In this document: positions 32,245 to 41,759 of the stretch, piece after piece
Layout: every line of letters starts with the position of its first letter
Position numbering within the stretch: position 1 is the first letter of the stretch
NCBI GenBank assembly: GCA_963813715.1
Contig: CAWFAK010000016.1
Coordinates: 64,001 to 128,000, forward strand
Reading direction: 5' to 3'
Length of the DNA: 64,000 nucleotides
Origin: an uncultured Planctomycetaceae bacterium
GTDB taxonomy: Bacteria; Planctomycetota; Planctomycetia; Planctomycetales; Planctomycetaceae
Notes under the pieces: model-generated
Database searches by the model: none
What the model saw: only the letters and a program-made list of their open reading frames with translations
What the model was told of the DNA's origin: nothing
Program-made: the position numbers and the translations under genes

Positions 32245-32730
32245 TTAGGCGGCTTGTTTCGTGCAGGTCGGCGCGCTTTCGCCAGTGCAGGGATCACACG
32301 TGGAGCTGCACCCATGGCTACACGTGTCGTTGTTGCCACACGACTCCGACTTGTCGCCGCACGGGTCACACTTGCTGGTGCAGGAAGGAGCGCATTCATT
32401 GCCGCACGTGTTGTTGCATGGGTCGCACTTGCTGAAGGTCGAGAAGCACGCCGCGATGGCCTGCAATTCGCATTCGGTCGTGTTGCCGCCACAGGGGCTG
32501 CACTTGGTCGAGCACGTTGGCGTGCTACAGTGAGACGTGCTGCAGACAGTGGGCGCGCACTTGCTCGACTGACACGCGGTTGCGGCGCAGGGGACCACGC
32601 AGCTTGCCGAGAGCAGCAACCGATCTTCCAACGACTCGAACGCGGACACCGGACGCAACGGCCATCCCGACTGATGAGAGTGGCGGCGGGAGTTGCGTCG
32701 GCGCAGTGAACCAAAAAGGCGGCGACTCAT
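32245..32730 (-). CDS. Cys-rich small protein with Planctomycete LExRxLL-type leader
   Basis: Arg-rich N-terminus, FESLEDRLLLSA, then 24 Cys in about 119 residues with four x-x-(K/T)-C-(S/D)-P-C repeats. GGAGG lies upstream of ATG 32730. Confidence 0.8.
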   Translation of the reverse strand: MSRRLFGSLRRRNSRRHSHQSGWPLRPVSAFESLEDRLLLSASCVVPCAATACQSSKCAPTVCSTSHCSTPTCSTKCSPCGGNTTECELQAIAACFSTFSKCDPCNNTCGNECAPSCTSKCDPCGDKSESCGNNDTCSHGCSSTCDPCTGESAPTCTKQAA

Positions 32731-32855
32731 GTTGAAGGCCCTCCAATAAAAGTACGCGGCGAACTTGAAGTTGAACGACCTCGTTCGCAAGCGACGAACG
32801 GATTCGGGGAAATCGACGGTAACCGGAACAAGCCCGCGCAATCAACAACTATTCG

Positions 32856-33228
32856 GTCAAATTCAATGCCCAGTCCGGGAACGCTAGGCGGACGGACACG
32901 GTCTCCAGCATCATCGCGGCGATCGGCAAGAAAGCCGGCGTGAAGGTCTCGGAGCGACGCGGCAAGGTGACGTACGCGAGCGCTCACGACCTCCGCCGCT
33001 GTTTCGGCACCCGCTGAGTGCGGCTCGTGATGCCGGCGGTCCTACAGCGGCTGATGCGTCACGAAGACATCCAGACCACGATGACCTACTACGCCGACCT
33101 CGACGCCGAATCGACCGCCGACGCTGTGTGGAGCGCCTTTGCTAACACTTTCGCTAACAGTGGGCAGGCGCAAGAAAAACGCCGTCAGGCGAATCGACAC
33201 AAAGTGCTGTCGCTTAAGGCGTTTCAAA
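32856..33228 (+). pseudogene. Tyrosine recombinase/integrase C-terminal remnant
   Basis: In-frame translation ...IGKKAGVKV...SAHDLRRCFGTR*VRLVMPAVLQRLMRHEDIQTTMTYY has HxLR, His and catalytic Tyr. TGA at 33015-33017; N-terminal two-thirds absent. Confidence 0.88.
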
Positions 33229-33301
<73 letters not shown>

Positions 33302-33701
33302 AATCGGAGCCGAATCGTGGTGCGACTCCGCATTTGGCGCATTTTCATAGCTGACAGCCCGCCGCGTGTCAAAGGAATTGCCCCGACAGCGATTGCGCCG
33401 AGTGCCCGAGGCCGCCTTTGGTGCGATTAGGCAAGCGGAACGGGCCCGCAACCGCGAACTGGGCCGGTCCGTGGATTCCCGCAAAAAGAAATTGGAATTT
33501 CGCCAACTTTTGCCACAAAATCACGCACACTCTCCAAAAAACGGGGCTTCTGTTGGCGGCGAACACTGGCCACGACCGCGACGGTGGAAAACCTGGCTCG
33601 GTGGCTTGCGTTCGCCTGGTCGACGGAACCCTTTAAAAACACTCGAGAATTCGCTCGCTGCGGCGACGCGATTGGACCATTCAGCAGAAGGGGCTTGAGT
33701 C

Positions 33702-34418
33702 ATGCGATATCTGCACCTGGTTGGATTGGCGGTGGTCATCGGTTTGGCAGTGCAAGTCCCGGCATTCGCCCGCGGCGGTCATGGCGGGCACGGCGGTCAC
33801 CGATCGCACGGACACGGCGGGCACGGGCATCACGCGCATGCACATGGCGCGCATTCCCATCACACGGCCGCGCAGGGCGCCCATCACGGGGCGCGGCGAG
33901 GTCGGGCCTTCGCTCATCACCGCGGCATCCACAATCGACACTTTGCCGGGCATCACGCCGCCTGGGCTCATCACTACGCGAATCATTGGCACAACTGGGG
34001 TGCCCACGGTGGTTGGGGATATCACCACGGCTGGGGTTACAACCATGGTTGGGGTTGGGGCGGAGGCGGGTGGAATTGGTACGGAGGTGGCGTAAATGTT
34101 GTCGGTCCCAGTGCTCCGACATACGTCAATCCCGGTTACGTCGGGCCGGCGACCGGTCCCGGCGTGGTCGTCGTGCCTCCAGTCACGACGCAGATGCCGG
34201 CCTTCAGTTCAATCGTCGGCACGATCCGCACGATTAATGGACCAGCCGTCTCGGTCGTGACCGAAGAGGGAGATCCCATCACCGTCGATGCGACACCCAA
34301 CACGACGGTCGTCCTCAACAGTCAACAGGCGACGCTGGCCGATCTGCGACCGTCGGATCGAGTCAAGGTGCGCTACGACCAGAACCTGAAGGCGCTGACG
34401 TTGGTGGCTCTGAGGTAA
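33702..34418 (+). CDS. Secreted His/Gly/Trp-rich protein with C-terminal small beta-barrel (OB-like) domain
   Basis: Signal peptide ending AFA, GGH/HH repeats, GWGY repeats, and C-terminal GTIRTING...TLADLRPSDRVKVRY. Confidence 0.82.
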   Translation: MRYLHLVGLAVVIGLAVQVPAFARGGHGGHGGHRSHGHGGHGHHAHAHGAHSHHTAAQGAHHGARRGRAFAHHRGIHNRHFAGHHAAWAHHYANHWHNWGAHGGWGYHHGWGYNHGWGWGGGGWNWYGGGVNVVGPSAPTYVNPGYVGPATGPGVVVVPPVTTQMPAFSSIVGTIRTINGPAVSVVTEEGDPITVDATPNTTVVLNSQQATLADLRPSDRVKVRYDQNLKALTLVALR

Positions 34419-34548
34419 TCGCGACCGCCGCACACTCGCCAGATTTAAAACACGGGCCCGCTGGCAAACGGGCACAATCAAAACTCGGAATTGATGACTT
34501 TCACCCGCTTGCCTCAAACACGGTCAAGCGGCTTAAGGGGATGAAACG

Positions 34549-35901
34549 ATGCCACACCCACGAGCTTTTTGTGTCCGTTCGGCCGCGTTGCTCGTTCCGC
34601 TCGCGCTCCTCGTCGTGAGCGAAGCGACGATCGGGCCGGCCCTGGCCGACCCGCCCAAGAACAAAACGGGTCAGCCAAGTAACCACGGGCCGCGAGCGCA
34701 AAATGATGCGGCCGCGCCGAACAAGGGTCCCAAGCCGGCGCCGGCCGACCCGAATCTGCTCAGCATGGAGCTCAAAGCGCTGCGCATCTTGCGGGGGCTG
34801 GAGGCGACGCCGCACCAAATCTCCGAGATCGCGCGGGCCGCCAAGAAGGCGGCCGGCAACGCGGGCCAGCGGGAGTCGGCCAAGGTCGCCGGTCCCTATG
34901 TCGAGGCCATGGTGCAAATGCGTCGCGCCCTGGTCGCCAACGATGCCGAAAAGATCGAGCAGCTCCGCACGACGTTCGACCAGTTGGAAGAAAAGAGTCC
35001 GCCCGATCTCGACGACCAGATTGAGATCACCGACGGCGCCGAAATCGAGGCCGTCCGCCTCCTCAACATCTTCACGCCCCAACAGGTCATCGCCTACGCC
35101 CAGACTCTGGAAGACGAATTTCCCGATCCCATCCAATTGATTCGGGAAGGCCTGGAAGAGGGCGGGTCGCTCAAGGGCGGCGAATGGGAGACAGCCCGCA
35201 ACAAGCTCACGGAGGAAGTCGGTTGGCTCGTTTGCGGGAGTCAAGGGGACAAGGCGACGAAGCTCGAGGAACAAGTGTCGGCCTTCCTCGATCAAAAGCA
35301 CGGCCAACCGCCGGCCGGCATTCGCGACGGTGAGATTCGCAAGCTTGTTGGTTCCCCAGGACCGGTCGTGATCCTGAAAAACGTCATGGAGCACACGCTG
35401 GCGGATCTGCTCTCCAATCCGCAGGTCGAACGGGCCGCCAAGGACTGCCTGCGGCACGACAAACCGCCGGAGCCGCCCGCCGCCAAGCAAGTCGCGCAGG
35501 CGCCCGCCGCGCCCAAGAATGCTCCCAAGCGTCCGCCGCACCCGCCGGCCAAGAATGGCGAGATGGCCGCGAAGCGAATCGATCTCGATGAGGTGCTCAA
35601 AGCTCCGGACCAGTTCGACGGCCAGGAAGTGCGATTCGACCACGTGAGCGTGACCGGCACCGCTCCGGCCAAATCGCCCAACAACTTGTGGCTGGCCGTC
35701 AAAACGCAATCCGGAACCGTCGTCGCCGCGTCGCGCGAGCAGAAGCTGACGTTCGTCGTCCCCATCGCCAAAACGCCCGAGGTGATCAAAGAACTAAAAT
35801 CGGGCGGAGGGGCCGAGATTTCGGTGACGCTGACCTGTGCGGTCCATCGTGACGCCCCCAAGCACTGGAACGCGCGGGTGCTGTCGGTCGAAGTTCATTA
35901 G
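34549..35901 (+). CDS. Secreted hypothetical protein (helical domain, Pro/Ala/Lys linker, OB-like C-terminal domain)
   Basis: Signal peptide ending ALA, coherent 450-aa ORF with GC-rich third positions. Confidence 0.8.
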   Translation: MPHPRAFCVRSAALLVPLALLVVSEATIGPALADPPKNKTGQPSNHGPRAQNDAAAPNKGPKPAPADPNLLSMELKALRILRGLEATPHQISEIARAAKKAAGNAGQRESAKVAGPYVEAMVQMRRALVANDAEKIEQLRTTFDQLEEKSPPDLDDQIEITDGAEIEAVRLLNIFTPQQVIAYAQTLEDEFPDPIQLIREGLEEGGSLKGGEWETARNKLTEEVGWLVCGSQGDKATKLEEQVSAFLDQKHGQPPAGIRDGEIRKLVGSPGPVVILKNVMEHTLADLLSNPQVERAAKDCLRHDKPPEPPAAKQVAQAPAAPKNAPKRPPHPPAKNGEMAAKRIDLDEVLKAPDQFDGQEVRFDHVSVTGTAPAKSPNNLWLAVKTQSGTVVAASREQKLTFVVPIAKTPEVIKELKSGGGAEISVTLTCAVHRDAPKHWNARVLSVEVH

Positions 35902-36031
35902 CGCGATCGATCAGCGCAATTCGATGAGCGCAATCGAATTGGCGCGGTGGAGGCGCCTTGACTCGGCATGCCGAGCGGGCAAGCATTCCTAGCGGTCTTC
36001 CCGAAGTGCGGCCGCCGGATAATTTTTCACC

Positions 36032-36598
36032 ATGCGCTCTGCGACGCTGACGATCGTGGTCTCTCTCGTGTTTGCTGCGCCCGCGCTCGGGGACACGCAA
36101 ACGGCTCTCGGCAAGAAGATCGTCGCGTTCTGCGAAGACCACAAAGGCCAGTGCGTCGGGGGCGGCGAGTGCAGCCATCTTGCCGAGCAGGCGCTGCGAG
36201 CCAGCGGAGGTCGGCGCCGTGGTCGCGATGTGCCGAATCCGGGTGACTATACTTGGGGCAAACAGCTGTACTGCGTGGAGCGAGTCGGCAAGAAGCTCAA
36301 GATCACGGGACAGATCAAAGGCGTTCAACCCGGCGACATCATCCAGATGCGCGACGCGAAATGGTGGAGTTCAGAACCGGACGGCCAGCGGCTGTTCAAG
36401 AACGCCGCGCATCACACGGCCGTCGTCGCGGCGGTGGAGTCGAGCGGCAAAGCGATCAAGATCTACGAGCAGAACTCCAACGGCCGCCGCTTCGTGACCA
36501 GCGGGCGTATCTCGTTGAGCAGTCTCAAGGAAGGATGGATCCGCATCTATCGCCCGCACGCTGTCAGCAATGCGGACGAGGACGATCGCTCCAATTGA
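36032..36598 (+). CDS. Secreted CHAP/NlpC-P60-like cysteine amidase-fold protein
   Basis: Signal peptide; GGGECSHLA (Cys), PGDIIQ, HHTAVV (His) and YEQN, in CHAP-like order. Confidence 0.7.
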   Translation: MRSATLTIVVSLVFAAPALGDTQTALGKKIVAFCEDHKGQCVGGGECSHLAEQALRASGGRRRGRDVPNPGDYTWGKQLYCVERVGKKLKITGQIKGVQPGDIIQMRDAKWWSSEPDGQRLFKNAAHHTAVVAAVESSGKAIKIYEQNSNGRRFVTSGRISLSSLKEGWIRIYRPHAVSNADEDDRSN

Positions 36599-36639
36599 GG
36601 AGCGCCGCTGATTCGACCTGTGCGCGGCCTTCGCCCGGT

Positions 36640-36867
36640 TTATCGCCCGGGGGGAATCTCTGAGGGCGGATTCAGCGGCGTCAGATTCTGCCGCGTCGGA
36701 TTTGGCGGCGAGTCAGTCGGCGGCACCGGCTTGGTGGGCACTGCCTTCTCGGACGCTGCGCTGGGCGGTACGGGCTGATGAATGCCCAGGTGCCAGGTCC
36801 GCTCAGAAATGAGCTTTGGCGGCCACTTGAACGGATTGCAGCCCCAAGCGGCGCTGGCACAAATCAC
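36640..36867 (-). CDS. Small hypothetical Pro-rich protein, possible lipoprotein
   Basis: AAWGC lipobox-like segment followed by a Pro-rich tail. The start is uncertain and probably further upstream. Confidence 0.4.
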   Translation of the reverse strand: MICASAAWGCNPFKWPPKLISERTWHLGIHQPVPPSAASEKAVPTKPVPPTDSPPNPTRQNLTPLNPPSEIPPGR

Positions 36868-37028
36868 GGCAACGAACAGCGCGCGGCAACGCGGTGTTTT
36901 TCATTGTTCACTGGGGGGTGTGGAATAGGTGTATGGAAACGGACGTGAACGGATGGAGAGGGGGAAGGGGGACGGACGTTACTTCATGCCTGAACTAAGG
37001 TCAACGGCGAATCCCTGGCCGCGACGTC

Positions 37029-37116
37029 GGGTGGCACTGGCGGCTTGTCCGCCAGTGTCTGTCGTCCCCAGAGCAAGCCGCCTAACACACTGGCGGACAA
37101 GCCGCTAGTGCCACCC
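37029..37116. repeat. REP-like long inverted repeat
   Basis: 30-bp arms GGGTGGCACTGGCGGCTTGTCCGCCAGTGT (37029-37058) and ACACTGGCGGACAAGCCGCTAGTGCCACCC (37087-37116), one G-T mismatch, intergenic. Confidence 0.85.
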
Positions 37117-37143
37117 CGGTCCATCATTTCGATAGACGAACCG

Positions 37144-38274
37144 TCAATTCGGCCATGCCAAGGCCCGGCGGGCGATGTCGAAGGCGGCTTGCGGCTTGCC
37201 GATGCGGCGGGCGTTCTCTTTGAGCCGGGCGAGCCGCGACGGGTCTTCCAAAAGCGGCGTGAGCTTGTGGCCGAGCGTCGCCAGGTTGTTGATCTTCACG
37301 GCGGCCCCGTTTTCGAGCAGAAAATCGCTATTGCGACTCTCCTGTCCGGGAATCGGATTAACCACGGCCATCGCCGCGCCGCGGGCCAGAATTTCCGACG
37401 TCGTCAAACCGCCCGGCTTGGAAACGACGATGTCCGCGACGGCCATCAGCTCGTCGATCTGATCGGTAAAGCCCAGGATCTTCGCGCGATGCCGCTCGGG
37501 CACCTCGACCTGCTCGAGTTGATGTTTGGCCGTTTCGTTGCGGCCGGCGATGACGACGACTTCAATCGGCGTCTCGATCGCCAGGATGCCGCGAAAGATC
37601 TCCTCGATCGGGCCGACGCCGAAACCGCCGGAGATTTGCACGATGATCGGACGATCGCCGGCCAGGCCTTGCCGCGCCAGGCACTCGGCCCGATCCTTCG
37701 GCTGACTGAAGACCGGGTGGATGGGGATGCCCGTCACGCTGATGTCGCCGGCCGGCACGCCCCAGTGCCGCAGGTATGCGGCCCCTTCGCTCGTCGCGGC
37801 GAAATAATGGTCGCACGGCTGATTGACCCAGAGGCGATGCGTCTCGAAGTCGGTGGTGACGGTCAAGTGCGGCGTCGCCAGCTTCCCTTGTTTTTGCAGC
37901 GAGGCGATCAACTCGGCCGGCAAAAAGTGCGTGTTGACGATCACGTCCCACGGCTCGGACTTGAGGAATCGCAAGAACGGTCGCAGGTTGACTTTTTCCG
38001 CCGCGAGCCGCAGGCGATCCGTCGTCCGCCGCGGCGAAACCGGGCGATCCATCAGGTCGTAAAAGTACCCGAGTACGTACGGCGCTTTGTTGACGAGGTC
38101 GAGGTACGCCTTCGCATAGACCCGCCGAAAGGCGGCGTTCGTCAACTCGAGCACGTCGACATTCTTGACGACGGCTTGCGGATCGAGCTGCCGGAGCGCC
38201 AGCTCGACAGCCTGCGCCGCCCTCAAGTGCCCGGCGCCCACGGATGCCGACAATACCAACACGCGTTTGGACAT
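37144..38274 (-). CDS. MGDG synthase/UgtP-like diacylglycerol glycosyltransferase (GT28)
   Basis: SASVGAGHLRAAQA, THF, VTTD, TGIPI, GGFG, KPGGLTTSE and PIPGQESRN. Confidence 0.9.
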   Translation of the reverse strand: MSKRVLVLSASVGAGHLRAAQAVELALRQLDPQAVVKNVDVLELTNAAFRRVYAKAYLDLVNKAPYVLGYFYDLMDRPVSPRRTTDRLRLAAEKVNLRPFLRFLKSEPWDVIVNTHFLPAELIASLQKQGKLATPHLTVTTDFETHRLWVNQPCDHYFAATSEGAAYLRHWGVPAGDISVTGIPIHPVFSQPKDRAECLARQGLAGDRPIIVQISGGFGVGPIEEIFRGILAIETPIEVVVIAGRNETAKHQLEQVEVPERHRAKILGFTDQIDELMAVADIVVSKPGGLTTSEILARGAAMAVVNPIPGQESRNSDFLLENGAAVKINNLATLGHKLTPLLEDPSRLARLKENARRIGKPQAAFDIARRALAWPN

Positions 38275-38387
38275 CGCTTAGCCTCCCGGAGTTTGTCTCA
38301 CCCAGGAATCGAGGCGTTCGCCACGCCAATTTATAACGCGAATCGGGCGCAGCCTGCGCGACAAAGAGCGGCGCTCTCAAAACTCTT

Positions 38388-38428
38388 CCTCCCTCTCCCC
38401 GTGCGGCAGAGGGGTTGGGGGTGAGGGG
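38388..38428. repeat. REP-like element (CCCTCTCCCC...GAGGG...GGGGTGAGGG type)
   Basis: CCTCCCTCTCCCCGTGCGGCAGAGGGGTTGGGGGTGAGGGG, intergenic between the thiolase and glycosyltransferase genes. Confidence 0.6.
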
Positions 38429-38454
38429 CGCCCAGCGTGAATGTCCGGCAGCGA

Positions 38455-39646
38455 TCAGCCGCACAGCTCGAACAAGCCCGCCGCTCCCTGTCCGCCGCCG
38501 ATGCACATCGTCACCACGCCGTAGCGGGCTTTGCGGCGTTGCATTTCGTTGGCGATCACGCCGACCAGGCGGGCGCCGGTCATGCCGAACGGGTGGCCGA
38601 TGGCGATCGAGCCGCCGTTGACGTTGAGCTTTTCCGGATCGATGCCCAGCTTGTCGCGGCAATAGATCACCTGCACGGCGAAGGCCTCGTTCAATTCCCA
38701 GAGGCCAATGTCGGCGACTTTGAGACCGTGCCGCGAGAGCAGCTTGGGGACGGCAAAGACGGGACCGATGCCCATTTCGTCCGGGTCGCAGCCGGCGACG
38801 ACGAAGCCGCGGAAGGCGACTTTCGGCTTGAGGCCGAGCGAACGGGCCTTGTCGGCCGACATCAACAGTGCGACTGAGGCACCGTCGGACAGCTGCGACG
38901 AATTGCCGGCCGTCACGGTTCCTTTGCCGCTCTCCTTGTCGAAGTGCGGCTTGAGGGCCAAAAGTCCTTCGAGCGTCGTGTCGGGGCGGTTGCACTCGTC
39001 CTGCGAAATGTCGCACTCTTCTTCGCTGACGACCTTGCCCGTCGTTTTGTCGAGAATGCCTTTGCGGACGTGCATCGGCGCGATCTCCGCCGCCAGGATG
39101 CCCTCTTTCTGCGCGGGCCGTCCGCAACTGGCTGGAGAGCGAGTACTCGTCCTGCACTTGCCGGCCGATGTTGTAGCGCTTGGCGACGACCTCCGCCGTG
39201 TCCCCCATCACCATGTAGATGCCCGGGCAATGTTCTTTGATCCATGGGTTTTCGTCGCGGTTGCCGCGCGGAATCTGCGTGATGCTTTCGACGCCGCCGC
39301 CGATCGCCACGTCGGCCCCTTCGTGCATGATTTCGTGGGCGGCAATCGCGATCGCCTGCAGTCCGGACGAGCAGAAGCGATTCACGGTCGCACCGGCAAC
39401 CGACGTCGGCAGTCCGGCGCGGATGGCCGCCACGCGGGCGATGTTCATCCCTTGCTGGCCTTCGGGATAGCCGCAGCCGATCACCACGTCTTCGATCTCG
39501 GCCGGATTGAGCTTGGGGGCCCGTTTGAGCACCGCCTGAATGCAGTGGGCGACCATGTCGTCCGGCCGCGTCAGGTTGAACGAGCCGCGGAACGATTTCG
39601 CCAGGGGCGTTCGCAGACTTTCGACAACGACGGCTTCACGTGCCAC
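38455..39646 (-). CDS. Thiolase (acetyl-CoA C-acyltransferase), frameshift near 39105
   Basis: NRFCSSGLQA, NSSQLSDGA, ELNEAFA, GHPFGMTG and MCIGGGQG. GGAG lies before GTG 39646. Confidence 0.92.
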
Positions 39647-39797
39647 GGGGCGTGCTCCCATCTGCCAGAGGTCGATCGTCTGCCAGAGATCGATCGATCG
39701 GAAGTGCTATGCTGGAAGGCGGGCCGCGCTAGCCCGCTCGAGATTCCAGGAAACTGCCGCGAAACGCGACGCCCTAAGCATAACCGAAAAAAAGTTG

Positions 39798-40869
39798 ATG
39801 AGTGAACCGTCGGCAGAACGCGGCACGATCGACGGGGTGTTGCGTGCGTTTCGCAGCGTGCTGGGCTTGGATCTGCTGGGCGAGCACGCCGATTGCCGGC
39901 CGGTCGATCGGCCGGGCTTCAGCGGCGCTTTCGTCGCCCGCGTGGAGACGCCGAGCGGAGCGTTCTGTTTGCGAGGCTGGTCCCAGGGAGCCGTCGGCGA
40001 ACGAATTCTCGCGCTGCACGAGTTTCTGGCGCACGTCCGCTCCCGAGGTGTCGACTATGTGGCGGTGCCGTTCGCCGCCGAGCACGGGGAGACCCTCGTC
40101 GAGGTGGCGTGGCGACTGTGGCAGGTCGAGCCCTGGTTGCCAGGCTCCGCCGATTTCTGGTCACGGCCGAGCGACGCACGGCTGGCGGCCGCGCTCGGGG
40201 CCTTGGCGCAGTTTTCATCAAGCGTCCCGCGGATTCGAGCCGGTCGTTCATAGTCGATCACACCTTGGCCCCGCGGCCGACGGAATCGCGCCGACGGTGC
40301 GCGAACGCATCGAGCGGATCGAACGGTGGAGTCCGCAGCGGCTGACGGAGGTCCGCTCGCACTTGCGCCGACTGCCCGCGAACATTGAACGTCGAACGGC
40401 TGCCGCGGAGCGGATCTTGCGGGTGTTCGAGCGGGCCGCGCCGTCGATCGCCGGCGAGCTGAGCCTCGCCGCGCAAATGCCCGTGCCGCTGCAGCCCTGC
40501 CTGCGCGACGTTTGGCACGATCACGTGCTCTTTAGCGGCGACGAAGTGACGGGCCTCATCGATCCGTCGGCCGCCCGCACGGACACAGTCGCGGCCGATC
40601 TTTCGCGACTCGTCGGCAGCCTGATCGCCGACGATCGCGCCGCCTGGGAGCGGGCGCTGGCCGCTTATCAAGCGGTGCGACCGTTGTCGGCGGCCGAAAG
40701 CGTGCTGGTCAGCGTGCTCGATCGCAGCGGCGTTCTGTTGTCCGGGATGGCCTGGCTCGAGCGGCCGGAATTCTGGCAGGAGCAGCCGCCGGCTCTCGCG
40801 ACGCGACTTTGCGAACGTCTCGAGCGCATCGCCGCGCGGGCCGACGTGCTTGCGCGGTCAATCGCGTGA
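39798..40869 (+). CDS. APH/homoserine-kinase-type-II-like phosphotransferase (frameshift near 40215)
   Basis: GFSGA P-loop-like motif, VEPWLPG, PCLRDVWHDHVLF, GLID and DLSRL. Confidence 0.8.
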
Positions 40870-41745
40870 GGCGAGTACCAGATCCAGCGACGGCTCGAAG
40901 CCGAGCATCGGCGTTTGCAGCACCGACCTGGCGAACGAGTTGCGGAGGGAAACATCGCGCGGCCGCGGCGCCCGACCGGTGATCTGGGCCGGCGGCCGCG
41001 GTTGCACGAGTCCGGGAGAATAGCCAAACCGCTCGGCAATCCGCCGCGTGAGCGTCACTCGGTCGAGCGTGTCGCTGCCGGCGAGGTGAATTGTTCCCGC
41101 GAGCGAACCGGCCGCCAGCTCGAGGAGTGCCTGGCCCAAAGTGACGACATCGATCGGCGTGCGCAGTTCTTCCGGGGGGACCACAATCGTCTGCCCGGCC
41201 CGCAACATGGGGATCGTGCGCTCCAGGAACGAGTTCCCGCCTCCCAGCGGTCCGAAACCCATCACCACCGCGATCCTCACGACGATCGAGCCGGCAACCG
41301 CCGCGACGATTCCTTCGCTCTCCGCCTTCGTTCGCGCGTACTCGTTGATCGGCGAAGGCGGATCGGCCTCGACGTAGTTGCCCCGTTCGCCGTCGAAAAC
41401 ATTGTCGGTGGAGATATAAACCAGCCGCGCCCCGCTCCGCGAGCAGCTGTCGGCCACGGCCTGCGTGAGGCCGACGTTCACGGCCCGCGCGACGTCCGGA
41501 TGGCGTTCGCAGAAGTCGATATCGGCAATCGCCGCCGCGTGAATGACGACGTCCGGCGCAATTTCCGCGAGCGTGCGCCGGACTTCATCCGGTTGCTTCA
41601 GGTCGAGCGTGTGCCAGTGCAGCCCGGTACGCTGCGCCAAGGGCGCTTTTCCGGAGAGCGCATGCAGCTCCCAATGGCCCGGCGCCTGGTGGATGACGCT
41701 GCCGGCCACGAATCCGCCGCCGCCCGTAATCGCGCATGTTTGCAT
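40858..41745 (-). CDS. RmlD-like extended SDR oxidoreductase
   Basis: ITGGGGFVAG, HAAA, YISTDNVFDG, YARTK (YxxxK) and RPRDVSL. This is the C-terminal part of ORF 40858..45234. Confidence 0.88.
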   Translation of the reverse strand: MQTCAITGGGGFVAGSVIHQAPGHWELHALSGKAPLAQRTGLHWHTLDLKQPDEVRRTLAEIAPDVVIHAAAIADIDFCERHPDVARAVNVGLTQAVADSCSRSGARLVYISTDNVFDGERGNYVEADPPSPINEYARTKAESEGIVAAVAGSIVVRIAVVMGFGPLGGGNSFLERTIPMLRAGQTIVVPPEELRTPIDVVTLGQALLELAAGSLAGTIHLAGSDTLDRVTLTRRIAERFGYSPGLVQPRPPAQITGRAPRPRDVSLRNSFARSVLQTPMLGFEPSLDLVLASRD

Positions 41746-41759
41746 CGCGGTCCCGCGGT

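Noticed and set aside
32245..32730. Complete lanthipeptide/RiPP gene cluster around the Cys/Ser/Thr-rich ORF
   Set aside because: No LanB/C/M, YcaO, radical SAM, peptidase or ABC exporter is nearby. It is kept only as a trans-acting possibility.
33015..33017. TGA in the integrase as recoding (Trp/Sec)
   Set aside because: Many genes here end normally in TGA and the integrase is also 5'-truncated, so a nonsense mutation is simpler.
37562..39661. 699-aa thiolase ORF
   Set aside because: Frameshift read-through; the thiolase C-terminus is in ORF 38455..39075.
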